A stretch of DNA of 64,000 nt, from positions 124,001 through 188,000 of the IMG/VR virus record IMGVR_UViG_3300046692_000091. The stretch is one strand, 5' to 3'. The notes beneath the pieces are model-generated. The model did not search any database. It was not told the DNA's origin and worked only from the letters and a program-made list of their open reading frames with translations. Shown piece after piece: positions 21,159 through 30,157 of this stretch; position 1 is the first letter of the stretch; every line of letters begins with the position of its first letter. The translations under genes and the position numbers were made by a program.

Positions 21159-22316
21159 ATGTCTCTCTGTACTTGGTTTGTTGAACTACTTTACGGCAAA
21201 AAAGAAGTAGGTACCATCGCTGGTGCCGAAGAAGTAAAGCCAGAAGCGGAAATGTTCTGCCGTAGTAATCGGCGGGATACGTGGACTAAGCGTATCTATT
21301 CGGATATGATTGCCACTGGTGCCGATCTGGTATGTATCTCCACCCCAGGTAATCTTCATCGTTATCGTGGTGTTCTGTTTAACCATAAGTTGAAAGTGTG
21401 GGATGTCGTCACACTGGCTGAAGTTGAACTTGGTACATTGTGGTCGAATGGTGGTGCTCGCGGATGCTATAAGTCATCTCGTGAGATCGATGATCATCGT
21501 TCCCGTTATGAACCTCACAAGAAGATGATGAAAGAGTACGAAATCGTAGGGGGCTTTATTAACGAAGTAACCTATTGTAAAGGCATGTATGGTAACCATC
21601 ACACAGGATTCTCCAAGCACTATTACCTGTCTATCGGTATTAATGTGGACCATCTGAGAATGGTAGAGGAATTCAATACAGATAAACGGTACCGTGTTGC
21701 TACGCTTCCTAATGGCACGCAACTCTTTCGTACTGTCCCACAGATGGTTCAACAAAACATAGCTACTTCGGCTACCAGTTTATTCACCTATACTACCCAG
21801 ACAGGTGAGTCAATCACCATACCGAACTGGGTTATGGGCACGATTAAACAGGTACAGCTCGTTGATGCCGATGGGAATGATACGGTATTGGCCGACCCTA
21901 TCAAGATCACCAAGCTAGATGATGGTGAGGATGTAGGGAAAGAAGCATACATCTATTTGGTTGAAGGTACGGCTAATACATACACTCGTGCCCGCTATCG
22001 GATCGAAGTTGAGTCTGAACGTATCTTTGGTGGTAAGATCGTAGACGTGGATGCCCTGTTGGAATCCATTTTCCACCGTATGTGTTTCCAGCAAATCGAT
22101 CACAAGGGCAAGTTGTTCATCGACCACATCCAATACCTGTGTTTGGATGGAACGACCCATACCGCTGATGTAGGTGGTTTCTTGTCCATCGGGGCAGAGG
22201 CTTATCGAGCAGGTAGAACACAGGCTGGTGTGCATCATGGGTCACATGGCCATACGTATTTACAGGGCCCATTGATCGTAACCCATGTGGCCTTCCCTGA
22301 GGAACCAATTTACTAG
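21159..22316 (+). CDS. Hypothetical protein
   Basis: 385 aa, SD aagga. Confidence 0.85.
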   Translation: MSLCTWFVELLYGKKEVGTIAGAEEVKPEAEMFCRSNRRDTWTKRIYSDMIATGADLVCISTPGNLHRYRGVLFNHKLKVWDVVTLAEVELGTLWSNGGARGCYKSSREIDDHRSRYEPHKKMMKEYEIVGGFINEVTYCKGMYGNHHTGFSKHYYLSIGINVDHLRMVEEFNTDKRYRVATLPNGTQLFRTVPQMVQQNIATSATSLFTYTTQTGESITIPNWVMGTIKQVQLVDADGNDTVLADPIKITKLDDGEDVGKEAYIYLVEGTANTYTRARYRIEVESERIFGGKIVDVDALLESIFHRMCFQQIDHKGKLFIDHIQYLCLDGTTHTADVGGFLSIGAEAYRAGRTQAGVHHGSHGHTYLQGPLIVTHVAFPEEPIY

Positions 22317-22336
22317 ATTTAAAACATTTATAAGGC

Positions 22337-22344
22337 TATATTAC
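22337..22344 (+). promoter_or_regulatory. Early promoter TATATTAC
   Basis: Exact motif with aaacatttataaggc upstream. Confidence 0.75.
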
Positions 22345-22369
22345 TGTAGTGATGTAGCTCCACCCATGG

Positions 22370-22387
22370 GCCTCCTTTCGGGGAGGC
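22370..22387 (+). terminator. Intrinsic terminator directly downstream of promoter
   Basis: gcctcct-ttcg-gggaggc plus ttt. Confidence 0.75.
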
Positions 22388-22416
22388 TTTATGTCCTGTA
22401 ATAGAGGTATCCCAAT

Positions 22417-22701
22417 ATGATTCATCCAGTACGCTGGGCGATATCATTAATGGCAACTGCTCATCTCTACTTAAATGGAGGCGATCCAAAAGTCGTTCGT
22501 GGTATTGTAAAGCACCTAAACGTTCTGTATAACACAGAACTAGTAATGTCGCATGATCTTGATAAAGAAGTATGTGTACTAGAAGCTCTAACAAAAAGAG
22601 TCAGTGGGGTTTTCGACCACTATGGTGATGATAACCAATTATCCCCGGATGTGCGCATGTCCTACATCGAAATGCAATTAATATCCGCAAGACGCCTCTA
22701 A
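22417..22701 (+). CDS. Hypothetical protein
   Basis: SD gaggt; 94 aa. Confidence 0.65.
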   Translation: MIHPVRWAISLMATAHLYLNGGDPKVVRGIVKHLNVLYNTELVMSHDLDKEVCVLEALTKRVSGVFDHYGDDNQLSPDVRMSYIEMQLISARRL

Positions 22702-22746
22702 GTTAAGGGGGGTCCTGCGAAAATCTATCTTCCAGGAGGAATCCCC

Positions 22747-23109
22747 ATGAAACCTATGTATTTGACCCTTACCGACAACACGTTGACTTTTGAAGACCTG
22801 GTTAATGTAGGCCAGGATGCAGAAGCTCTCAAATTCACGTTGGTTGATCGTTTTACCCGTCAGCCAATAGATCGTCCTATGGTTGTTGCAGCGACTGATA
22901 CGCGCCATGAAGGCGTTGTTGTATCGTCTGTAGTAATGCATAGCGATGGCGAATCTACCTTTCAAGCTTTGTTTGACTGGTGGAATAAATGTGAGATCCA
23001 TGAGATCGCAATCGAATGGTATCACATCGATAGTGCCAAGGTTGATATCCGTGTGAAGGGTAATCCTAAACACGTTGTAAACTATGCTCTGAAAGTAGAA
23101 AAAGCATAG
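22747..23109 (+). CDS. Hypothetical beta-rich protein
   Basis: SD aggagg; 120 aa. Confidence 0.8.
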   Translation: MKPMYLTLTDNTLTFEDLVNVGQDAEALKFTLVDRFTRQPIDRPMVVAATDTRHEGVVVSSVVMHSDGESTFQALFDWWNKCEIHEIAIEWYHIDSAKVDIRVKGNPKHVVNYALKVEKA

Positions 23110-23123
23110 TCTATCCTTTGGAT

Positions 23124-23159
23124 TGGACACCTCTGACCTTTACGGGTTGGGGGTGTCCA
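23124..23159 (+). terminator. Long hairpin, probable terminator
   Basis: tggacacc...ggtgtcca stem with inner G-U stem, T tract downstream. Confidence 0.55.
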
Positions 23160-23298
23160 TCTATTGCTTTTCTTTTTTATACTCAGCACCCCTCTAGTAT
23201 AGGTGAACGACCATACTAAAAGCAAAGGAGGGAGGCTTTTATTTTGTAACATGGTTACGTTAGTAACATCCTTATTCCCTACCAACAAGAGATCAGAA

Positions 23299-23637
23299 AT
23301 GACCGCAAGTAATGTTGTAAAGATCCCGGTAATCTGCATGGGTGCAGAATCGAAATTCCTGACTAAGAAGACAGTTCAGCTCGAGAAGATCGTAAGCTGT
23401 CAATTGGTAGACGCATATGGCGTACAGATTAAGGATTATGTGGTAGCTAATGAAGCTCCTATTCCTAATCTGTACCAACGGACCATCTATAAGAAAGGTC
23501 TGGCAACATCCGAAAAGATTGGGTCGCTATTTGTTGATCAAGTAACAGGGTCTTATACTCTGAAGCTGTTAGATCCATTGGCTCGACCAGCAGGTGTTGA
23601 TATCCAACTTACCATCCAAACGAAGGAAGCCGCATGA
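23299..23637 (+). CDS. Hypothetical beta-rich protein
   Basis: 112 aa; ATGA-coupled to next gene. Confidence 0.75.
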   Translation: MTASNVVKIPVICMGAESKFLTKKTVQLEKIVSCQLVDAYGVQIKDYVVANEAPIPNLYQRTIYKKGLATSEKIGSLFVDQVTGSYTLKLLDPLARPAGVDIQLTIQTKEAA

Positions 23638-24071
23638 CTGAAGTGTCTATTCGCCGTATGCCTGTTGATGACAGTGCAGATAGCCGTCAAGCCATTATTC
23701 AGGTACCGATTCATAATACCGAATGCTACCAACTACCTGATCTGTTGGGCATTAACCCAACAGCAATTCATTGGATCACTCCGGTCCAAGTCTCAGCACA
23801 ATACTCAGGTATCCCAGCCCCAGGATTTACGTTTACCATTCGTCCTTACCGTGAGCAAGAAGGTGGTGGACAATGGGTAGATGTATTCTACCGGCTGAAC
23901 AAGGTAGCCCTCATTTCGATCGGTGGACCACATGGCCGTATCGTCACGGGTAATGCACTCGATGAACAATTGGCTAAGTTGTTCCCTGAGATGGCAGAAG
24001 CAGTAGCACAAGTAACGGTGGCCTTCCTCGTGCAGTACGAGGTTCCTCATGAAGACACGTTTGCTACTTGA
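23634..24071 (+). CDS. Hypothetical protein
   Basis: 145 aa, coupled start. Confidence 0.75.
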   Translation: MTEVSIRRMPVDDSADSRQAIIQVPIHNTECYQLPDLLGINPTAIHWITPVQVSAQYSGIPAPGFTFTIRPYREQEGGGQWVDVFYRLNKVALISIGGPHGRIVTGNALDEQLAKLFPEMAEAVAQVTVAFLVQYEVPHEDTFAT

Positions 24072-24426
24072 TTATTCCAATCGCGGGGTAGTCTCAGGCA
24101 GATCTAATAGTTTGGTACATCACGGATCTCCTGATCTTCAGTTTACTGATGTGAATGTACTGGCAGTTACGCAAGGGCCACAGACCTACGAATCTGAGTT
24201 AGGCTTCTATAAGGAGCCTCAACTTGAGTTCCCCAATCGGATAGTGTTTACTTTCTTCGATAAGATTCAGAATCAATTGATTGCTGAGTTGGAAGTAGAA
24301 CTCCAATTGAAGAGAATGCGTTGGATCAAGTCCGTGACTATGTCTCGGGTTACACCTTTCCAAGTTGAGATCGAACTGATTCAAGATCCAGCTATTCCCA
24401 GCCACTTATGGAGTATAGCGATTTGA
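24049..24426 (+). CDS. Hypothetical protein
   Basis: 125 aa, SD gaggt. Confidence 0.7.
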   Translation: MKTRLLLDYSNRGVVSGRSNSLVHHGSPDLQFTDVNVLAVTQGPQTYESELGFYKEPQLEFPNRIVFTFFDKIQNQLIAELEVELQLKRMRWIKSVTMSRVTPFQVEIELIQDPAIPSHLWSIAI

Positions 24427-24839
24427 TAGAATTGACGATAGCTTTATACGACAAACGGGAAGGTGATCTAGGAGATTGTGTTAGAGGCACCGAAGATAAA
24501 ACTTTAGGGAAGCCATTTTGGATAACCCCAGGTCTAACATTCGAAACTGATGGGCAACCCATCCATGCCTTTAAAACAGTTCCCACGCTACACTCTTACG
24601 TGGGTGTAAAGACTTTCCAGATCTGGGACAAGCGCAGTCAGTCCAAGCGAAAGCTTGTGGCAACGATTACGATAGACACCGCTACTAATAGCTACGTTGT
24701 GGCATTAGAAGACTACTATCAACGTCGTCGGTTGAATATGACTTTCCATGTACATGGGAATTATGTTAGACCTCCTGCGCCTGTGGCATTCCATAACAAG
24801 ACCCATCACGGTGATTGGGTTTTCGATAATACGATCTAA
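24408..24839 (+). CDS. Hypothetical beta-rich protein
   Basis: 143 aa; motif shared with 23299. Confidence 0.7.
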   Translation: MEYSDLIELTIALYDKREGDLGDCVRGTEDKTLGKPFWITPGLTFETDGQPIHAFKTVPTLHSYVGVKTFQIWDKRSQSKRKLVATITIDTATNSYVVALEDYYQRRRLNMTFHVHGNYVRPPAPVAFHNKTHHGDWVFDNTI

Positions 24840-24841
24840 TC

Positions 24842-24994
24842 ATGAAGACCAAACTCGAGATGATCCACACTCTGCAACAACAGATGGAAACTCTCATTGA
24901 AGATAACCTGAAACTGGTTAAACAAATGGGTGCTCTAGTAAAGAATCAGACTGATCTAGAAAAGCGTCTTGCAAAGCTAGAGGAAAGGAAATAA
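24842..24994 (+). CDS. Small coiled-coil protein (50 aa)
   Basis: MKTKLEMIHTLQQQMETLIEDN... heptad pattern; fills the gap exactly. Confidence 0.65.
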   Translation: MKTKLEMIHTLQQQMETLIEDNLKLVKQMGALVKNQTDLEKRLAKLEERK

Positions 24995-24996
24995 CC

Positions 24997-25461
24997 ATGC
25001 AACATCCGGTAGTAGCTAAACAAGTATTTTCGGATCTAGGTATCGTGCTCGATGGCCGTTCCTATTTCCCAGAAGATTCCCTCAATGCAACCTTGATCGA
25101 AAAGGTACTGCAGCGAGAAGCCCGTTGGTTGACCTATAACAAAGCTGGTGTGCTAGTTGGCTATAATGCCGAAGAGGATATCCAACTAGGTACTCGGGTT
25201 GCACTGAACCATAACGGTTCGGTAGATGACGCCGATATTTTCTGGTCACCTCTCTCTGGGGATAAAGATACCCCTTTGGTTCAGCTGTATGCTGAAGGCT
25301 TAGAAGAGACAACCAATCGCATGCAAGAAACCCGTGCGTACATGATGCAATGTATGGGTAGCCGTGGCTGGGTTCCTACCTTTGATGATGCTGGTGATCT
25401 GGTGGGGCTATGCCGTAACTTCATTATCGATGTAAGTCAAATCAATCGTCGTGCTGCTTAA
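24997..25461 (+). CDS. Hypothetical protein
   Basis: 154 aa. Confidence 0.8.
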   Translation: MQHPVVAKQVFSDLGIVLDGRSYFPEDSLNATLIEKVLQREARWLTYNKAGVLVGYNAEEDIQLGTRVALNHNGSVDDADIFWSPLSGDKDTPLVQLYAEGLEETTNRMQETRAYMMQCMGSRGWVPTFDDAGDLVGLCRNFIIDVSQINRRAA

Positions 25462-25469
25462 GGATTTAA

Positions 25470-25916
25470 ATGAAAACGTTTTTGTATCTGTTACCGATCG
25501 AACATGATCAAGAAATCAAAGATCTACTGCGCATGGTTTCAAAGCCACCAACTGAGTGCTACTCCGGACCTATGGTGATGGAGAGTAAGCTGATTGATCT
25601 GGTAGGTAAAGCCGAACGAGTAGAAACTGATCAAGGTCTGGATGCTCGTAACCTGGTCATCCCCGAAGATAAGATTTGTGTTGGGATCATGGTCGAACAT
25701 AGTGAGGGTGAAAATGTTCATCGGACCGAATGCGACATGTTTGCTGATCACCCAGAATTCGAACATCCGGTAGGTGGTCTTGCTAATCGAATGGACCGCG
25801 CTGCCGATGTATTGATCGATAGACTACACCGTCCAAACAAAACCACTTCGTATGCCTGGACCTATAACGGCATGAGTGGTTACAAAGCTTTGCGGTTGTG
25901 TGGGCGTTACAGTTAA
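25470..25916 (+). CDS. Hypothetical protein
   Basis: 148 aa, SD aagga. Confidence 0.8.
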   Translation: MKTFLYLLPIEHDQEIKDLLRMVSKPPTECYSGPMVMESKLIDLVGKAERVETDQGLDARNLVIPEDKICVGIMVEHSEGENVHRTECDMFADHPEFEHPVGGLANRMDRAADVLIDRLHRPNKTTSYAWTYNGMSGYKALRLCGRYS

Positions 25917-25961
25917 TTCACTTCGGTGTATTAATATTCTGACCCATCAACTAGAGGCAAC

Positions 25962-26333
25962 GTGATGCAATGTTTAACACACGTACTGAGGTCGTTGGTT
26001 CTCGTAACCGCATTAGCGGCTGCAACGAATACAATGGCAACAGAGGTGATTGCGGATGGAACTTACTGTGAGAGTCTAGCTGAAATGGCTAAGGCAGGAG
26101 CAGAAGCTAAATCCCGTGGTGAGTCTAAGCAACAATGGCGCACTAATCTCCTCTCCCTAAAGGGATACGTTGTGAAGAATAAAGATAACGTTCTTTACAG
26201 CATTCTTCCTAAAGCGGTATCGGAAGTGGACGCAGTCTATAAGAATCGTGAGACTCCTATGGACACATACCAAACTTCCTACGTCGGCTGCATGACGAAT
26301 GATTACGGTTCCGCCGTAACCATCAACTATTGA
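25962..26333 (+). CDS. Putative secreted protein with two conserved Cys
   Basis: Signal-peptide-like N-terminus; paralogous to 45079/45929/46375. Confidence 0.7.
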   Translation: MMQCLTHVLRSLVLVTALAAATNTMATEVIADGTYCESLAEMAKAGAEAKSRGESKQQWRTNLLSLKGYVVKNKDNVLYSILPKAVSEVDAVYKNRETPMDTYQTSYVGCMTNDYGSAVTINY

Positions 26334-26338
26334 TATTT

Positions 26339-26358
26339 GGCCTTCCTTCGGGGAGGCC
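26339..26358 (+). terminator. Intrinsic terminator
   Basis: ggccttcc-ttcg-gggaggcc. Confidence 0.75.
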
Positions 26359-26385
26359 TTATGTCCCAATCAAAGAAAGGTAAAT

Positions 26386-26532
26386 ATGGAAACGTTAGGC
26401 TCTTCATTAATATTGTTAGGTATTCTCGCCTTCTTCTTCGGTTTCGGTGATATGTGCGGGACTAATAAAAAGGTAGTTGTTGGTAGTGTTGCCGCAATCG
26501 TAGCGGGCGTGATTATCAATTTAATCAACTAG
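26386..26532 (+). CDS. Small two-TM membrane protein (48 aa)
   Basis: SD aaggt; METLGSSLILLGILAFFFG...; below track cutoff. Confidence 0.6.
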   Translation: METLGSSLILLGILAFFFGFGDMCGTNKKVVVGSVAAIVAGVIINLIN

Positions 26533-26540
26533 GGGGTTCT

Positions 26541-26717
26541 ATGTGGGCACTCTATCTCGTAGCATTTGTTATCTTCGCTATCGGCTTGGAGTTCTTCTTA
26601 GGGGAACGTCAATCCAAAGTAGACGATGATGACATTGGACGTACCAGTACTGGTGAAGAACGTTTCGCAGGACTGGTATTAATGTTGGTAGGTGTAACAA
26701 TTGCATTATGGGTGTAA
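26541..26717 (+). CDS. Small two-TM membrane protein (58 aa)
   Basis: SD ggggg; two hydrophobic helices around an acidic loop. Confidence 0.6.
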   Translation: MWALYLVAFVIFAIGLEFFLGERQSKVDDDDIGRTSTGEERFAGLVLMLVGVTIALWV

Positions 26718-26718
26718 C

Positions 26719-26916
26719 ATGGAAACATTAGTTGGAATTATAGCTGCAATCGCCATGGCCAGTGCAATTGCTTTACTGGTATTGGGGATCAACGCTCTAT
26801 GTTGGTGGGAAGCCTTTCTTCCCAAAACAAAGCGAAAAGTATTTATCAGTGCCTGTGTGTTGGGCACGATTGTATTTTTCAGTGTGCTTTGGTTTATTTG
26901 GCTCATGCACAACTAA
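26719..26916 (+). CDS. Small two-TM membrane protein (65 aa)
   Basis: METLVGII...; 1 nt after upstream stop. Confidence 0.6.
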   Translation: METLVGIIAAIAMASAIALLVLGINALCWWEAFLPKTKRKVFISACVLGTIVFFSVLWFIWLMHN

Positions 26917-26934
26917 CACAAAAAATCTGAAATC

Positions 26935-26942
26935 TATATTAC
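26935..26942 (+). promoter_or_regulatory. Early promoter TATATTAC
   Basis: Context near-identical to promoter at 47089. Confidence 0.8.
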
Positions 26943-26977
26943 TACTGTGAATTCATAAAGACCATTAGGGGCTACAA

Positions 26978-27718
26978 ATGCAAATCGAACAACGCGATAC
27001 CAACATGACCCGCACTATGATGGACGCTTTCTTCAGTTGGTTCGCGGCAAACGACATCAGCCGTATCCACGTTATTGTGGACGGCACCCTTTTTGACAGT
27101 AAGGCTTTCGTAGACGATATGAATGGTCTGTATCAGATCCGTTTGTCTATTGGCGCTGCTGCAGTTCGTGGTTTCGGTTATCATGAACATGGCTTCTCGT
27201 ACGGTTGCATGCGTCAAGGTGTTCATATCGACATGGACATTCCTTACGAAGCAGTGTTGGGCTTTGTTATCCCAACTGGTGAGAACACCGAAGTCATCTT
27301 CGAGGTTCCTAACCTGGAACGTCACCAAATGAAACTCGAACAACAGAAAGGTTTGTTGCCACAACTGGGTAACTTCGCTTTCGTTGATCATGAAGGTAAA
27401 GCACTGCCGGATGAAATGGTTCATGAGCTGATGCGTCAACTCGTTCCATCCAATGCGGCCAAAGCAATCGAAGCCGCTCCTTATGCCGTACATGGCATCG
27501 CCCCAGAGACCCAGGATGAGGAAGGCAATCAACTGCCAACCATCACTGACCTGATGACCCGTAAACCTCTGGCGCAGCGTCCTGCTAAGCCCCAGCCTAA
27601 AGAAGCTCAAGCACCATTGTTGAACTTCGGCAATGTAAGTGGTACACAACTTCCAGCCCCAAAACCAACCCGTGCCATCCCTGCAGGTTGGTCCGTAATC
27701 CAAGGAGGTAAAGCATGA
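26978..27718 (+). CDS. sspB: SspB-like ClpXP adaptor
   Basis: MDAFFSWFAAND / HVIVDGT / IRLSIGAAAV / DIPYEAVL track E. coli SspB RAFYEWLLDN / HLVVDVT / IVLNIAPRAV / SVPLAAVL; P/Q-rich linker; C-terminal SVIQGGKA. Confidence 0.75.
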   Translation: MQIEQRDTNMTRTMMDAFFSWFAANDISRIHVIVDGTLFDSKAFVDDMNGLYQIRLSIGAAAVRGFGYHEHGFSYGCMRQGVHIDMDIPYEAVLGFVIPTGENTEVIFEVPNLERHQMKLEQQKGLLPQLGNFAFVDHEGKALPDEMVHELMRQLVPSNAAKAIEAAPYAVHGIAPETQDEEGNQLPTITDLMTRKPLAQRPAKPQPKEAQAPLLNFGNVSGTQLPAPKPTRAIPAGWSVIQGGKA

Positions 27719-28428
27719 ACCCGTGTGACCAACTGGCGCATATCACGTGCCGTCGTAAATCCCCGCGCCTGGCTGAGATCTTCAAGAAGCTGGATGGGGA
27801 TTCGCATTTCCAGCAATTGGATATGTATGAACTGAATGACATGTTGTTCCGTGAACTAGCATGGATGCCAAGTATGGTATCGATGGATTCTGAAGAACTC
27901 TATCAGGTCAACATCCGCACTATCCCGATCGCTCGTTTCGAAGATGGTGGTCTCCGTGTACTGTCAATGGATACCCAAACCTTCTGGCCCAGTATGAATG
28001 ATGTACAATCGGAACATGCTGTTCTGCAAGACATGGTTCATGCAGCTATGGTTAAGCATGTAATGTCCTGGGGCCTACGAATCAAAGAACCAGAACTGCG
28101 TATGCCGGTGTACTTCTCATTCGATCAACTCCGTCAGAATCTGGACGCTGTTGTTGTAGGGGCTGGTTTGCACACACTGACTGACGAACTCCGTCGTGTG
28201 CCACGTAAAACCAATCACCTCACTATTAATGTGGTGTTGACGATTACACCATCATTGATGTACCAGATCCGTGACCAGTCTCGTGCACAGATCTACATCT
28301 GCGACAACAACTTGCAACCTATCAATAACTTTGAAGGTGTTGTTGATAATGGGAACGAAAGTTTCTTTGACTTCTTGCGGAAACATAGTTACGACAGTAG
28401 CGTAATGTTAATGCCAGGTCTGGAGTAA
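27715..28428 (+). CDS. Hypothetical protein
   Basis: 237 aa, ATGA-coupled to sspB. Confidence 0.8.
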   Translation: MNPCDQLAHITCRRKSPRLAEIFKKLDGDSHFQQLDMYELNDMLFRELAWMPSMVSMDSEELYQVNIRTIPIARFEDGGLRVLSMDTQTFWPSMNDVQSEHAVLQDMVHAAMVKHVMSWGLRIKEPELRMPVYFSFDQLRQNLDAVVVGAGLHTLTDELRRVPRKTNHLTINVVLTITPSLMYQIRDQSRAQIYICDNNLQPINNFEGVVDNGNESFFDFLRKHSYDSSVMLMPGLE

Positions 28429-28431
28429 CAA

Positions 28432-29814
28432 ATGCTTATTCAGGAAGTGTTAGGGTTATACCACAATGCAATAGAGATGCTCAGTTCGGGTGACTCAACA
28501 GTCAAAGGTTTCATGACGTTGGGTGTCATGGGTCTGTTGGGTTATTTGGGGCGTACGATACCCCAAACAATCTGGGCGTTCATCAAACGTAACACGATTT
28601 CATCGATGACTTTCACTCGCGCAGGTTCATATTCCATGGACATGCAGAACTACGTAGAGTTCATGCGTTGGTTCTCACAATCCAAGTGGGCTAAATATGA
28701 TCGCAATCGACGTGTAACATTCGATCGGAATGACCCAGCTTTTGGACCAGGTACTGGCTTCCACTGGTTTGTTTGGAAAGGTCGTTACTTCTGGTTTAAT
28801 GTTGTCCGTTTGAATTCCTCCGGTACCGATATCGAGAAAGAAGAATTCACACTGTATACATTCGGTCGTACCACTAAACCATTCGAAGAACTGGTGGAAG
28901 AGTTCCGTATCAAGCCATGCAAGAAATCGATACGTATCTATGCCCCATCGAATGACGGTTGGAACTATCAGGGGCGACTACGGTTGGACGCTGATGAAAC
29001 ACTGATCATCGATCCAGAAGTAGAGAAAGAGTTCTTTGGTTCTATCGACTGGTATCTGGCAAACGAACCATGGTACCGTAAACGTGGATTGGCTTATAAA
29101 CACACTGTCGTGTTGCATGGTCCACCTGGTACCGGTAAGACTTCGTTGATCAAACGTGCAGCCCGGAAGTACAAGCGGGATATTCACTTCCTGAACTTGG
29201 CTACCCATGGTCGTCAGTTGACTGATCTGATGGGTAAGTTGTCGGCTGGTGACATTCTGTGCATTGAAGACTTTGATGATGTCAAGTCGTTGCACCGTCG
29301 CACTGGTCCGAAGAAGATGGAAATCGGTGAACTGGACATCGGTTCCGATAAGAAACCAGAAGCGTTGTTGATGGACTGCGAGATTCAACTCAGTACCTTC
29401 CTCAACGTTCTGCAAGGCGTTGTAGAGCTCGATGATATCATTATCGTGCTGACTACTAACCACCTGGAACTGATCGATCCAGCGGTCTACCGTCCGTCCC
29501 GTGTGAACAAACTGATCGAAGTGCTACCTCTGAAAGATCCGGAAGTTAAGCGCTATATCGACACGATGTATGATAATCCTACTTACGATCGTAATGTAAT
29601 GTACCCAGACGTTCCAGCTTCTACCCTGGCTGGTATCTTCATGGAGCACCCGAACGATCACCTGGCTTTCATTGATAAGCTAGATTCGTTGGACGACAAA
29701 TACGTCGCGGAGAACTATGCTCTACAACCAGAGCCCCCGCGCCCACCTTCCAAGAAAAATAAGGACCCTTCTCCAATAGGAGGACAGGTTCTTGAAACCG
29801 TAGAGGCAGCGTAA
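28432..29814 (+). CDS. BCS1-like membrane-anchored AAA+ ATPase
   Basis: N-terminal TM; GPPGTGKTS, IEDFD, STFLNVLQG, TTNH, DPAVYRPSR. Confidence 0.85.
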   Translation: MLIQEVLGLYHNAIEMLSSGDSTVKGFMTLGVMGLLGYLGRTIPQTIWAFIKRNTISSMTFTRAGSYSMDMQNYVEFMRWFSQSKWAKYDRNRRVTFDRNDPAFGPGTGFHWFVWKGRYFWFNVVRLNSSGTDIEKEEFTLYTFGRTTKPFEELVEEFRIKPCKKSIRIYAPSNDGWNYQGRLRLDADETLIIDPEVEKEFFGSIDWYLANEPWYRKRGLAYKHTVVLHGPPGTGKTSLIKRAARKYKRDIHFLNLATHGRQLTDLMGKLSAGDILCIEDFDDVKSLHRRTGPKKMEIGELDIGSDKKPEALLMDCEIQLSTFLNVLQGVVELDDIIIVLTTNHLELIDPAVYRPSRVNKLIEVLPLKDPEVKRYIDTMYDNPTYDRNVMYPDVPASTLAGIFMEHPNDHLAFIDKLDSLDDKYVAENYALQPEPPRPPSKKNKDPSPIGGQVLETVEAA

Positions 29815-29815
29815 C

Positions 29816-30157
29816 ATGGATAATTTTGCACGTCACAACTTCAACGTCTACCCGGAAGAGATGACCTACCACAAAGATCGCTTCTTGCAAAATGATGCTG
29901 GTTGTGCGGTAGTTACATTCGTTGGGGCTTTTCATGGCGATACCATTCTGACGAATGAAGTCGAAGTGATTGCACGTGGTGTGGAACTGGGTAAGATCGC
30001 TCGGTTCCTGGTTCGTTCAGGTGATCAGGAAACCCATCTCGACATGGATCTGACAACCTGCCGTTATGAAGCAGAAAGCAATATCAAAACCAAACTGGGT
30101 GACGTCGTACTGGTGTTCACCGCGCACTACCCAACCGAAGAAAAGGAAGCTGCATGA
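29816..30157 (+). CDS. Hypothetical protein
   Basis: 113 aa; coupled to prs-like gene. Confidence 0.8.
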   Translation: MDNFARHNFNVYPEEMTYHKDRFLQNDAGCAVVTFVGAFHGDTILTNEVEVIARGVELGKIARFLVRSGDQETHLDMDLTTCRYEAESNIKTKLGDVVLVFTAHYPTEEKEAA

